The position numbers and the translations under genes were made by a program. The notes under the pieces were generated by a model. It was not told the origin of the DNA. It saw only the letters and a program-made list of their open reading frames with translations, and searched no databases. Positions 26,303 through 34,521 of a stretch of DNA of 64,000 nucleotides are shown here, piece after piece. Each line of letters starts with the position of its first letter. Within the stretch, counting starts at the first letter, position 1. The stretch spans positions 9,916-73,915 of IMG/VR virus record IMGVR_UViG_2919614203_000001; one strand, 5' to 3'. Source of the stretch: a virus.

Positions 26303-27939
26303 GCCGCGGCGCTTTCTATCGCAGCGCAATGTTCCGGCAGGTTGGCGCGGACCAGCGCTTCGGGGATGACTGGCGAGACGCTGTTGCCGCACATCCGGAC
26401 CTGCGCGGTCTTCGTCAGCGGTTTGCCGTTCGGGCCGGGGCAGTCGATCCGATAGTCGGGCGGGAAACCCTGCGCATTGAAGAGTTCGCGCGCGGTGAGC
26501 ATCCGCATGCCGATATCGGCCAGCGCGTACTCCTCGCCGTCGATCGAGACCGTTACGAGACCGTAGCGGTCTCGGGTAGTGACCGTGCCGAGCGGCCTGT
26601 CGAGGCCGTGGCCGTCGACCTCGTTGCCGTAGTACTTGATCAGGAAGGCGCGAACCTCCGCGAAGTGGGTGCCGCCGGCGCTGATCGTATGGAGCGGTTC
26701 GTCGCTGGCCTGCGCGGTGCTGGTGCCGCGCAGCTTGATCAGGTTCGAGGTGACGAGCTGCTGTTGGGTGCATCGGGCCGTCAGGGTCGAGACGGGATCC
26801 GCCATCGACCGGGGCGCGGCCCCGTTGCCGCCGTTGTGCTGGGCCATGAAGGCCGCGACGAGGTACTGGTGCGCGCCACCGGCGGTGATCGTATGGGTCG
26901 GCTCGTCAATCGCCGTGTGGGGCTTGCCGCTGTTGCGCATCGTCATGACGTGCGCGGCGACGAGCGCGTGCTTGCCGCCGCCTGCGACGATCGTGCCGAG
27001 CGGCTTGTCGAGACCGGGAACGCGCGGGGCCTGCCCGTCGCGTTCGCCATAGCCGGTCTGGATCAACGTCGGCGCGACGACCGCCATCTCGCCGCGGTGG
27101 GCGGCGGTGATGGTCGGGATCGGTTCGCCGACAGGATAGCTGCGATCGGCCGCGCCATGATGGGTCAGCGGAACGATGAACGGGTCGGCCGCATCGAGGA
27201 CGTAGCGAACGATGCCAGCGGCGATGCGGCGGCAGGTGTTTGCCTTCAGTGGTCGCGCGCGTTCGAAGATCGAGGGGCAGGGCTGCGACCAGTCTATGAT
27301 CTCTGCCGCAGTTCGCCACGGGCGAGGGCGACCGGGGCCGTGCGTCGGTTCGGGCCAGACGATCGACTTCCCATCGCGGCGGGCGATCAGGAACAGGCGC
27401 TTGCGGCTCGTCGGCGCGCCGTAGTCACAGGCGCGCAGTTCGCGCCATTCCACCTTGTAGCCGAGACGGCGCAGCTGGCGCACCCACTCCTCGAACGTCT
27501 GCCCCTTGCGATCGGGGCAGGGGCGGTTGTCGTCGCCGAGCGGACCCCATGTGCGGAATTCCTCGACATTCTCCAGCATGATGACCTGCGGCCGATTTTC
27601 ACCCAGGCGCTTGGCCCAGTGGACGACGATCCATGCGAGATCGCGGATCCGCTTCTCGACCGGCTTGCCGCCCTTGGCCTTGCTGAAATGCTTGCAGTCG
27701 GGACTGAACCACGCGAGTAGCACGGGCCGGACGCGGCCATCGACGGTGCAGGCCTCTTGCGGGTCGATCGCCATGATCGACTGGCAATGGTGGCGCGTGC
27801 CGGAATGATTGGCGCGGTGCATGGCGACCGCCTCGGCATCGTGGTTGATCGCCACGTCGACGCTGCGGCCCAGCGCCGCCTCGATCCCGGTGGAAGCGCC
27901 ACCGCCACCGGCGAAGTTGTCGACGATGAGCCAGTCCAT
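26299..27939 (-). CDS. DNA (cytosine-5) methyltransferase
   Basis: Motif I DNFAGGGG, motif IV variant SPDC, motif VI ENV, motif VIII RKRLF, motif IX/X RMLTAREL...QGFP, GNSV. Confidence 0.93.
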   Translation of the reverse strand: MDWLIVDNFAGGGGASTGIEAALGRSVDVAINHDAEAVAMHRANHSGTRHHCQSIMAIDPQEACTVDGRVRPVLLAWFSPDCKHFSKAKGGKPVEKRIRDLAWIVVHWAKRLGENRPQVIMLENVEEFRTWGPLGDDNRPCPDRKGQTFEEWVRQLRRLGYKVEWRELRACDYGAPTSRKRLFLIARRDGKSIVWPEPTHGPGRPRPWRTAAEIIDWSQPCPSIFERARPLKANTCRRIAAGIVRYVLDAADPFIVPLTHHGAADRSYPVGEPIPTITAAHRGEMAVVAPTLIQTGYGERDGQAPRVPGLDKPLGTIVAGGGKHALVAAHVMTMRNSGKPHTAIDEPTHTITAGGAHQYLVAAFMAQHNGGNGAAPRSMADPVSTLTARCTQQQLVTSNLIKLRGTSTAQASDEPLHTISAGGTHFAEVRAFLIKYYGNEVDGHGLDRPLGTVTTRDRYGLVTVSIDGEEYALADIGMRMLTARELFNAQGFPPDYRIDCPGPNGKPLTKTAQVRMCGNSVSPVIPEALVRANLPEHCAAIESAAA

Positions 27940-28040
27940 CACCATCCCCAGACACAGACGACCATCGTCGCGAGGGCAATGGTGGCGCAGAGGGCGCCTT
28001 GCTTCATTGCGGGTGCCTCGCGGCGGAGCCAGTCGCGCAT
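27939..28040 (-). CDS. 33-aa membrane peptide
   Basis: MRDWLRREAPAMKQGALCATIALATMVVCVWGW; TGATG coupling on both sides. Confidence 0.45.
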   Translation of the reverse strand: MRDWLRREAPAMKQGALCATIALATMVVCVWGW

Positions 28041-28492
28041 CAGGCGGCTTCCTTCATGGCCGGGGTGTCCTCGGCCCGCTTTTGCAGGGGGAGCGGGCCG
28101 AGGACGGGGGCGGCGACCTGGTTATAGAGGGCGAGGATGCCGCGGGTGCGGTCCGTGTCCTCTGTGGTCGCCGTGTGCTTGATCAGGGCGGCGGTGGCCG
28201 CGCGCTGGAGTTCGCGGAGCGCGTGCGTCAGGAACAGCGCCGGATCGGTGCCTTGCGGGGTGAGTTCCCACCATGTGGGTTGTGCGCTATCGCCTCCGGC
28301 TACTTTAGCGCGGTGGAGCTGATTGCGGATGTCCTCGGGCAGATCGCCGCCGGCGCGGACGGTGATGACCGCCCAGAACAGCATCTTTTGCTCCGCTTGG
28401 CTGAGGGTCATCCGGCAGCGTTCGACGGCGCGGCGCGCGTTGGTGCGGCGGCGTGTGAATTCTTCGGTGGCGAAGCGGGGGAGGTCTGTCAT
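28040..28492 (-). CDS. Hypothetical early protein
   Basis: 150 aa, coupled in left early operon. Confidence 0.6.
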   Translation of the reverse strand: MTDLPRFATEEFTRRRTNARRAVERCRMTLSQAEQKMLFWAVITVRAGGDLPEDIRNQLHRAKVAGGDSAQPTWWELTPQGTDPALFLTHALRELQRAATAALIKHTATTEDTDRTRGILALYNQVAAPVLGPLPLQKRAEDTPAMKEAA

Positions 28493-28731
28493 TGATCACA
28501 CCTCACGACGATCAGCGAGACCGGCGGGTGCGCATGGCCGACCACGGCCAATTCTACTGCGCCTCCGGCGTTCAGGACGGCGAGCTCGTCTGGCGTCGGC
28601 TCCCACCGGGAGAGCATCATTCCGCGATCGTCGCAAATGGAGAGGTGGCCGCAGGGGCCATCTGTCTCGGCATTCCACCCCTTTGGTGCGCCAAGATATC
28701 TCGTAGTTTTGGGGTGGCGCTTGGGGATCAT
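28489..28731 (-). CDS. Hypothetical early protein
   Basis: 80 aa; GAPKGW..E.DG.C..L, SRWEPTP.EL..LNAGG. Confidence 0.65.
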   Translation of the reverse strand: MIPKRHPKTTRYLGAPKGWNAETDGPCGHLSICDDRGMMLSRWEPTPDELAVLNAGGAVELAVVGHAHPPVSLIVVRCDQ

Positions 28732-28943
28732 CGGCCGATATCCATTTCGCCGAGGCGGTCGATCACGCGCGCGGTCATCGTATCTAGAAACTCGCCCGCG
28801 TGCCGGGGTGCCGGGCGATAAAAAGCCATGACGCCGAGCACGATGCTTTCGAGCGCGACCATCGTGTCACTCTCACTCTGGCCCTCGCGGATCAGCCGGT
28901 TCACCACATCCGGTGCAATCTTGTTGTGCCAATCGACGCCCAT
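28728..28943 (-). CDS. Hypothetical early protein
   Basis: 71 aa from MGVDWHNK, coupled to both neighbours. Confidence 0.55.
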   Translation of the reverse strand: MGVDWHNKIAPDVVNRLIREGQSESDTMVALESIVLGVMAFYRPAPRHAGEFLDTMTARVIDRLGEMDIGR

Positions 28944-29137
28944 CACAGCCGCCCCAGCAGGTGGGCGATGCCGCCCCACATGGTGGCGCTGAGCAGGGCG
29001 GCGACGAGCCACCAGCCCCAGCGGATGCGGTCTGCGCCGAGGGGGCGGTCGTAGCGGTTCGCCTCAATCTCGTGCTGGATGTATTCCGGCCAGGGGTGGC
29101 CGTTCGGGTCGGTGTGGAGCCGTTCGGGTCGGATCAT
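28943..29137 (-). CDS. Small protein with C-terminal TM helix
   Basis: MIRPERL...WGWWLVAALLSATMWGGIAHLL. Confidence 0.5.
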   Translation of the reverse strand: MIRPERLHTDPNGHPWPEYIQHEIEANRYDRPLGADRIRWGWWLVAALLSATMWGGIAHLLGRL

Positions 29138-29355
29138 CGGGCGATCTCCTCGATCACAAGGAACAGGAACGGCAGGCAGCCGAAGACGGCGACGAGCAGC
29201 GGCGCGCCGATCAGGCACGTGCGCCAGTCCTGCGGGGTGAAGGTGCGGACCAGCTCGCCCAGGTCGGCGGGCGGGGTGGCATGCGCGTCGGCGCAATGAA
29301 GGCGGGGGCTTCCTTCTGCGCTACCGCCTGCGGCTACTTGAGCGCGGGGGTTCAC
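29134..29355 (-). CDS. Small protein with C-terminal TM helix
   Basis: GTG start coupled to upstream stop; hydrophobic LIGAPLLVAVFGCLPFLFLVI. Confidence 0.5.
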   Translation of the reverse strand: MNPRAQVAAGGSAEGSPRLHCADAHATPPADLGELVRTFTPQDWRTCLIGAPLLVAVFGCLPFLFLVIEEIAR

Positions 29356-29444
29356 AGCGCGGCCGCCTTCATGACGAGCGCCATGCAGGCGATGCCGAAG
29401 GCGGTGGCGGTGAGTTCGCGCCAGTAGGTTTCGAGGAAGCCCAT
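29352..29444 (-). CDS. 30-aa membrane peptide
   Basis: MGFLETYWRELTATAFGIACMALVMKAAAL; fills the gap with coupled junctions. Confidence 0.4.
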   Translation of the reverse strand: MGFLETYWRELTATAFGIACMALVMKAAAL

Positions 29445-29445
29445 C

Positions 29446-29685
29446 TCAGGCAGCTTTCCGACCGCGCTTCGTGACGATGATGGCTTCGTCGCGGGTGGCG
29501 GTGACGTCGGTGCGCTCGACCGTCATCGTGCCGGTGGCGCGCTGCGAGCGGTCCCATTCGGGGCCGACGCGCTGGACCAAGAGGCGGCCGTCGCACTGGT
29601 GCTGGATCACGCGCAGCTCGCGGCCCTCCGGCTTCAGGAAGGCGGTCGAGCCCGCGAACGGGAATTCGGACTTGGATTCGAGCAT
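29446..29685 (-). CDS. First gene of left early operon, hypothetical
   Basis: GGAG RBS before MLESKSEF; 79 aa. Confidence 0.55.
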   Translation of the reverse strand: MLESKSEFPFAGSTAFLKPEGRELRVIQHQCDGRLLVQRVGPEWDRSQRATGTMTVERTDVTATRDEAIIVTKRGRKAA

Positions 29686-29717
29686 GGTGTTCTCCAGCAA
29701 GCTTTGGCAAGCGGAGA

Positions 29718-29767
29718 AGTGCACCAAGTGCACATAATGTGCAAGCTAAAAGTGCAAGATATGCACT
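29718..29767. promoter_or_regulatory. Left operator OL: two 17-bp palindromes
   Basis: AGTGCA-CCAAG-TGCACA (29718-29734) and AGTGCA-AGATA-TGCACT (29751-29767). Confidence 0.75.
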
Positions 29768-29773
29768 ATGCCT

Positions 29774-30157
29774 TTAATCATACTCCTCGTCGGGCCAAAA
29801 ATCCGGGGTGGTTGGGGCTTCCGACGGTTGCCGGGGAATTTCCGGAATCGTGCCGTCGAAGCTGGCGCGGATCCACGCGCACGATGGTCCTGCCCCTTGA
29901 TAGATGGCGTGAATTGGGGTGCCGGCGCGAATCAGTGAGCCGATGCGCCTGCAGCGTTCTGCGGTGAGATAGCCCAGCTGGATGCCGCGGGCGCTGAAGA
30001 CGGCGACGGCGCGGGGGTCGGCGGGGTTGTTCGGCTCGGGACGCAGCTCGACCGGTTCGCCCGGTGCGCACATGGCCAGTTCGAAGCGCCGCGACGGGCC
30101 GCGCTTGTTGGGAAAATCAATCCCGACGACTGCAAGGGAGAGGGGTGGAAGGCTCAG
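29774..30157 (-). CDS. HIRAN-domain protein (probable CTG start)
   Basis: LAVVGIDFPN...GEPVELRPEPNNPADPRAVAV...LGYL; domain begins upstream of first ATG (30073). Confidence 0.75.
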   Translation of the reverse strand: MSLPPLSLAVVGIDFPNKRGPSRRFELAMCAPGEPVELRPEPNNPADPRAVAVFSARGIQLGYLTAERCRRIGSLIRAGTPIHAIYQGAGPSCAWIRASFDGTIPEIPRQPSEAPTTPDFWPDEEYD

Positions 30158-30453
30158 TTGACGAAAGCTTGAATCTTGTCTCCGAAGGCGATCAGCGCGG
30201 CGATCACTGCCAACATACCGGCGAGACGTGTGTCGATATAAGTCTTGCTGGGAAGATGCGACACGCGCTCAGACAAAGTCGCCACACTGACTTCGACCGA
30301 CCCGACCCGGTCAATCAGCTTGTCCAAACGGTCCTCAAGTCGATTTACGCGCGATTCCATATCAGGCGGCTCCGTTCCCCCGCCCCGTTCGGGGGTTGCC
30401 GTGGGAATATAGGCGGTTCGCGTGCCGATATCCACTATCGTCGGTTCAGCCAT
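30154..30453 (-). CDS. Coiled-coil protein with C-terminal TM helix
   Basis: MESRVNRLEDRLDKL heptads; LAGMLAVIAALIAF TM segment. Confidence 0.65.
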   Translation of the reverse strand: MAEPTIVDIGTRTAYIPTATPERGGGTEPPDMESRVNRLEDRLDKLIDRVGSVEVSVATLSERVSHLPSKTYIDTRLAGMLAVIAALIAFGDKIQAFVN

Positions 30454-30754
30454 CGTGATCCGCACCTTTCGCCACATCAAAATCGAGAAGTCGGATGTCG
30501 AAGAACTTGGTGTTGCCGCAGTTCCGGCATGTGAGGGATGCGAACAGCGCCGCGACCTTGCCCGGATCTGCTTTCGCGACTTCGCCGCGCGCATCGTAGA
30601 TCGTCGGCGCGGTGAGGTAGCGGCCAGCGCCCCATTTGGTCGAGCCGCACATTTCGCAGCGACCGCCGCCCCTGATCTTGGCGACTATCCTGGCGCGGAT
30701 GTCATCCATTTCGACATCGGTGAGCGTGGTCTGGTCATCAGCAGGAGTGGTCAC
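30446..30754 (-). CDS. Zinc-ribbon protein
   Basis: CEMC...CRNC; GTG start 2 nt after cI stop. Confidence 0.6.
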   Translation of the reverse strand: MTTPADDQTTLTDVEMDDIRARIVAKIRGGGRCEMCGSTKWGAGRYLTAPTIYDARGEVAKADPGKVAALFASLTCRNCGNTKFFDIRLLDFDVAKGADHDG

Positions 30755-30756
30755 GA

Positions 30757-31413
30757 TCAGAGCCCCCGAGCCACCCATATCGCGCGGCCTTCGATGCGCA
30801 GGTCGGCGGTGTCGACTTCCTGATCGGCCATAGCGGGGTTGTCGGATATGACGAGCACCCGATCGCGGCCGATGGTGCGCAGCCGCTTGATGCCGGCGGC
30901 GCCGTACAGATCGATCCAATATATCCCGTCCTGCCGAGCGAGCTGGCGATCGGCGGTATCAATCATGATCGCATCGCCCCAGTTCAGGGTGGGGTACATG
31001 CTGTCGCCGATGCCGGTGACGAGACGCAGCTTGTCCGACGGCGAGCGGGTGATGGCGCGGATAAAGGCCAGGTCGAAGGTGACGGGCTCCGCCTCGACGT
31101 AACCGTCAATCAACGTGCCCGGTCCCATTGAGAGGGAGAGGTCCAGCTTCTGAATTTGAACAAGCTCGGATGAGGGGACCTGAGAGACAATCTCCGGTTC
31201 CATCCTGGTGCTAGTAATCCCCGCGCGGAAAAGCATCTCGTCACGCGACACGTCCAAAAGCTCGGCCAGAGCTTCTACGCGGCGAGCATTTATCTCAACC
31301 TTGCCGTTGACGATCTTGTTGGCGACCGAGCGCTCGACGCCCAGCGCATCAGCCAAGGCGGCATCAGTTATGCCGCGCGCTTTCTTGCGATCTTTTATCC
31401 AGCGGGTGTCCAC
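30757..31413 (-). CDS. cI: CI-like repressor (HTH + S24 autopeptidase)
   Basis: HTH ITDAALADALGVERSVANKIVNG; SMGPG cleavage region; GDSMYP (Ser) and GIKRL (Lys); divergent from cro. Confidence 0.9.
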   Translation of the reverse strand: MDTRWIKDRKKARGITDAALADALGVERSVANKIVNGKVEINARRVEALAELLDVSRDEMLFRAGITSTRMEPEIVSQVPSSELVQIQKLDLSLSMGPGTLIDGYVEAEPVTFDLAFIRAITRSPSDKLRLVTGIGDSMYPTLNWGDAIMIDTADRQLARQDGIYWIDLYGAAGIKRLRTIGRDRVLVISDNPAMADQEVDTADLRIEGRAIWVARGL

Positions 31414-31421
31414 GCTGCCGT

Positions 31422-31497
31422 TGTGCAAGCGGCGCACACGAAAGTCTTGAGCATATTTTGCACATATAGGGCTTGACCTTTGTGCAATAGATGCACA
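31422..31497. promoter_or_regulatory. Right operator OR: three 17-bp palindromes and PR -35
   Basis: TGTGCA-AGCGG-CGCACA (31422), TGAGCA-TATTT-TGCACA (31448), TGTGCA-ATAGA-TGCACA (31481); TTGACC at 31473. Confidence 0.75.
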
Positions 31498-31510
31498 TCG
31501 TCCGCCCATC

Positions 31511-31714
31511 ATGACACCTCTCGCAACTTACATGGAGCGAAACAAGATCAGCGACGCTGATCTTGCCGCGCTGATCGGCAAGGACCGGTCGATCGTGAAC
31601 CGGATTCGACAGGGCAAGCTTCGCCCGACGCTCGAGGTGGCAGCCCAAATCGAACGCCACACGAATGGAGAAATCCCGATGCAATCGTGGGTCGATCTCG
31701 AGGACGCAGCATGA
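31511..31714 (+). CDS. cro: Cro-like HTH protein
   Basis: 67 aa, ISDADLAALIGKDRSIVNRIRQG..RP; divergent from cI. Confidence 0.85.
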   Translation: MTPLATYMERNKISDADLAALIGKDRSIVNRIRQGKLRPTLEVAAQIERHTNGEIPMQSWVDLEDAA

Positions 31715-31872
31715 TCCTCAGCATTGACAAGGCAAAGATCGTCGGAGTCCGCGCGCCCCTTGAAGGCGAGGTGCTGGACCCAGCGCAGATCAAGTCGGTC
31801 AGCGGCGGGGCACCCATCGCGTCGCGCAGGGGATTGTCGGTCGCAGTTCATGCCAAAGGACATAGCGCATGA
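31711..31872 (+). CDS. Hypothetical protein
   Basis: 53 aa, ATGA-coupled on both sides. Confidence 0.45.
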   Translation: MILSIDKAKIVGVRAPLEGEVLDPAQIKSVSGGAPIASRRGLSVAVHAKGHSA

Positions 31873-32330
31873 GCGGGCGGGTGATCGTCGGGAAACGGCC
31901 GGCGTTTTCCGCTTCCGGCGCGCTGGATGCCATCGGGTCGGCGCTGCACCAGATCAAGGTGGAGGACGGGCTGACCTGGGCCGATGTCGGCGCGGTGCTG
32001 GGCGTCAGCGACGACCAGGCGGCGAAGTACGCCGAGGGCACCGCGACCATGAATGCGGTGACCTTTGGCCGGGGCAAGCGGGAGTGGAACGGGCGGTTCA
32101 CGGGACCGTTCGACCGGCTTTGCGAAGCGAGCCGCCCCGGCGGTGCCTGCGACCATTCGACGCTCACGGCGGTGCTCGACCTGGGTGTGCGGATCAGCCG
32201 TGCGCTGGAGGATGGCAGCTTCGACCTAGGCGACGTGCGCAACAATCGCCGGCAGCTGGAAGACGTGCGCGATGCGATCGATGCGCAGCTGCGTCGGCTT
32301 GTTCCCTCCGATTCGATCGCGGGAGACTGA
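31869..32330 (+). CDS. HTH protein at CII position
   Basis: LTWADVGAVLGVSDDQAAKY HTH; C-terminal helical region. Confidence 0.6.
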   Translation: MSGRVIVGKRPAFSASGALDAIGSALHQIKVEDGLTWADVGAVLGVSDDQAAKYAEGTATMNAVTFGRGKREWNGRFTGPFDRLCEASRPGGACDHSTLTAVLDLGVRISRALEDGSFDLGDVRNNRRQLEDVRDAIDAQLRRLVPSDSIAGD

Positions 32331-32331
32331 C

Positions 32332-32925
32332 ATGTGGGAGGGGGGAGCCGCTCAGTTCGTCATCCCGGCGCTGACGCAATATGCCGAGGCGGGCGACATG
32401 GCGCGATGGATCGCGACGGCGCGGCCGGGCGAGGTGCTGGTCTATGCCACCGGGCCGATGCTGGGCGATCACGCGGCCAAGCGGCTTGCGCTGCGCTGGC
32501 ATGGCGAGGGCCGGGTGCACCTGTTTCAGCGGCGCGCCGAGCGGGCGCATTGCTTCGAATATTGCGCGCGGGCGCGGGCGCCTTCGCCGGGCGAGGGTGC
32601 GAACGATGGCGGTCGGCCTGCCGGTGGGCGGCAGGTCGCGGGCAGTCCGCCGCGCGACGATGTCTGGCGCGAGAGCCGGGACGGGCGGGTCTATGCCCTG
32701 CTGTTCCGCGACGTCGCCGCCGGGCGGTGCTGCCCCAGCAACGGCGAAATCGCCGAGCGGCTCGATCTCGATGACCGGTACGCTGCCAAGAACGCGCTGA
32801 CCCGGCTGAAAACCATGGGGCTGATCCGGTTCGAACAGGCCGGGCGCACGCGGACGCGCATCGTGACGATCGTCGCGACGGGGCAGTCGAGTGCGGACAT
32901 ATCCGGGGAGATTGAACATGGGTGA
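32332..32925 (+). CDS. Protein with C-terminal winged HTH
   Basis: GGAG RBS; CPSNGEIAERL...L.RL...GLI...TRIVTIVATG. Confidence 0.6.
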   Translation: MWEGGAAQFVIPALTQYAEAGDMARWIATARPGEVLVYATGPMLGDHAAKRLALRWHGEGRVHLFQRRAERAHCFEYCARARAPSPGEGANDGGRPAGGRQVAGSPPRDDVWRESRDGRVYALLFRDVAAGRCCPSNGEIAERLDLDDRYAAKNALTRLKTMGLIRFEQAGRTRTRIVTIVATGQSSADISGEIEHG

Positions 32926-33172
32926 GGTGAGGATCAAATACGGTTTTGCGCGCAGCTATGTGGCGCTGGCCTGCCCCACGCCGCGCCCCGAGTGTCCACT
33001 GCCTGGTCCGGTTGTCGAGTTGATAGAGCGGCAGGATGGGCAGGTCGTGTCGGTGAAGGTGCTGACTCGCGGCGAGGCCGAGGAACTGCGCATGGCCCTG
33101 ACCTGCGCTCTGGCGGCGCTGGATGCGGGGGCGGTCTGGGATGCAGCCAATGCCGCGGAGCAGGCAGCATGA
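32918..33172 (+). CDS. Hypothetical protein
   Basis: GGGGAG RBS; 84 aa; coupled to dnaN. Confidence 0.55.
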   Translation: MGEVRIKYGFARSYVALACPTPRPECPLPGPVVELIERQDGQVVSVKVLTRGEAEELRMALTCALAALDAGAVWDAANAAEQAA

Positions 33173-34266
33173 GCGTCGTTCTGGAGGCCGGTGCGCTGGC
33201 CAAGGCGCTCAAGAAGGCGGCGGCCATTGTCGCTGCGAGCAACACCATTCCGATTCTCGCCAACGTGCGGATCGAGACGACGTCAGCGGGCTTGCAGGTG
33301 CTGACCACCGATCTTGATGTCGAATACTGCGAGACCGTGCCGCTTGTGTCAGCCGATGGCGAGCTGGCGACAACGGTCGAGGCCAAGCGGCTTGCCGCGT
33401 TGGCCGGTGCCGCTGCCAAGGGTGCGCAAATCAGTCTGGCGATGGAAGACCGGCAGCTGGCCGTCAAAGCCGGCCGGAGCCGGTGGAAGCTGAACGCATT
33501 GCCGGTCACCGACTTCCCCAAGATACCTGCGCTAGACCTGGTCCATCGCCTGACCATGCCGGGACAGCAGCTCGCATCGGCGCTCGCTCGGGTGCTGTGG
33601 TCACGATCGACTGAACCGACGCGCTACTATCTGAACGGGCCGCTCTGGCATGCAGGATCGGACGGGATGCTGCGGCTTGTCGCGACCAACGGACATACGC
33701 TCGCCAGCACGCGGGTCGATGCCCGTTTTCCGGCAGAAGGGGCGGACCTGATACTGGGTCCGAAGTTCTGCATGGCGGCGCAGTCGATCGCTGCCGACTT
33801 CTCCGGTTCCGTCGACCTGGAATGGAGCGCTTCGAAGATCCGCATGACGGCGGGCGAATGCTCGCTGCTGGGCAAGGCGATCGACGGGACGTTTCCGGAC
33901 TATCGCCGCGTCATACCGTGCGAAGTGGACGATCCCATCGTCGTCGATCCGGAGATGCTGCGCCAAGCGGTGCGGCGCATCGACCTTGTCGGCGAAGGCA
34001 AGACCCGGACCGTCAGAATCGGTCGGAGCGACGGGATCATCGTGGTTTCGACGCAGAACGCCGAGGTCGGCAGCGGGACCGAGGAGGTGCCGGCCGACGT
34101 GCGCGCCAGTTTCGAGGTCGGCTTCAACAGCCAGTATCTCGACCAAGTGCTTACCGCGATCGGTGGCGACAGCGTCACCATTCACCATGCCGATGCGACG
34201 TCGTTCGCCCTTGTCCGCCGCACGGTGGACGACGGGGCGCTCGCCATCGTCGGCCCGATGCGCTGA
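33169..34266 (+). CDS. dnaN: DNA polymerase III beta sliding clamp homolog
   Basis: 365 aa; NTIPILANV, TTDL, TRYYLNG, LVATNGHTL, IDGTFPDYRRVIP, IGFN-like VGFNSQYL, C-terminal IVGPMR. Confidence 0.92.
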   Translation: MSVVLEAGALAKALKKAAAIVAASNTIPILANVRIETTSAGLQVLTTDLDVEYCETVPLVSADGELATTVEAKRLAALAGAAAKGAQISLAMEDRQLAVKAGRSRWKLNALPVTDFPKIPALDLVHRLTMPGQQLASALARVLWSRSTEPTRYYLNGPLWHAGSDGMLRLVATNGHTLASTRVDARFPAEGADLILGPKFCMAAQSIAADFSGSVDLEWSASKIRMTAGECSLLGKAIDGTFPDYRRVIPCEVDDPIVVDPEMLRQAVRRIDLVGEGKTRTVRIGRSDGIIVVSTQNAEVGSGTEEVPADVRASFEVGFNSQYLDQVLTAIGGDSVTIHHADATSFALVRRTVDDGALAIVGPMR

Positions 34267-34278
34267 AGGAGAGAGGCG

Positions 34279-34521
34279 ATGTACCGCAACAGGGAAATGA
34301 CCGACGAAGTCTTCGCAGCGGTCTTTGCGGGCGATCTGGAAAAGGCGCGGGAAGCGCTCGACCTGCTGGTCGCGATCGAGCCGGACGGGCGGCTTTTGGC
34401 TTTGCGCAACCAGACCCGTCCCCGTGTCGAACTGCATGCGCCGACCGAGGAGTTTCCCAAGCCGGGGCATCTTCCTGGCTCGACCTTGGGCTGGCCCAGG
34501 CTGGCTCCTGAGGCGGCGTGA
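34279..34521 (+). CDS. Hypothetical protein
   Basis: GGAGAGAGG RBS; 80 aa. Confidence 0.55.
   Translation: MYRNREMTDEVFAAVFAGDLEKAREALDLLVAIEPDGRLLALRNQTRPRVELHAPTEEFPKPGHLPGSTLGWPRLAPEAA

Noticed and set aside
30446-30754. Zn-ribbon protein as the missing Ogr activator of prophage 1
   Set aside because: It lacks the Ogr pattern (N-terminal CPxC...RxS, CxNxxC) and sits in the cI operon of the other phage.
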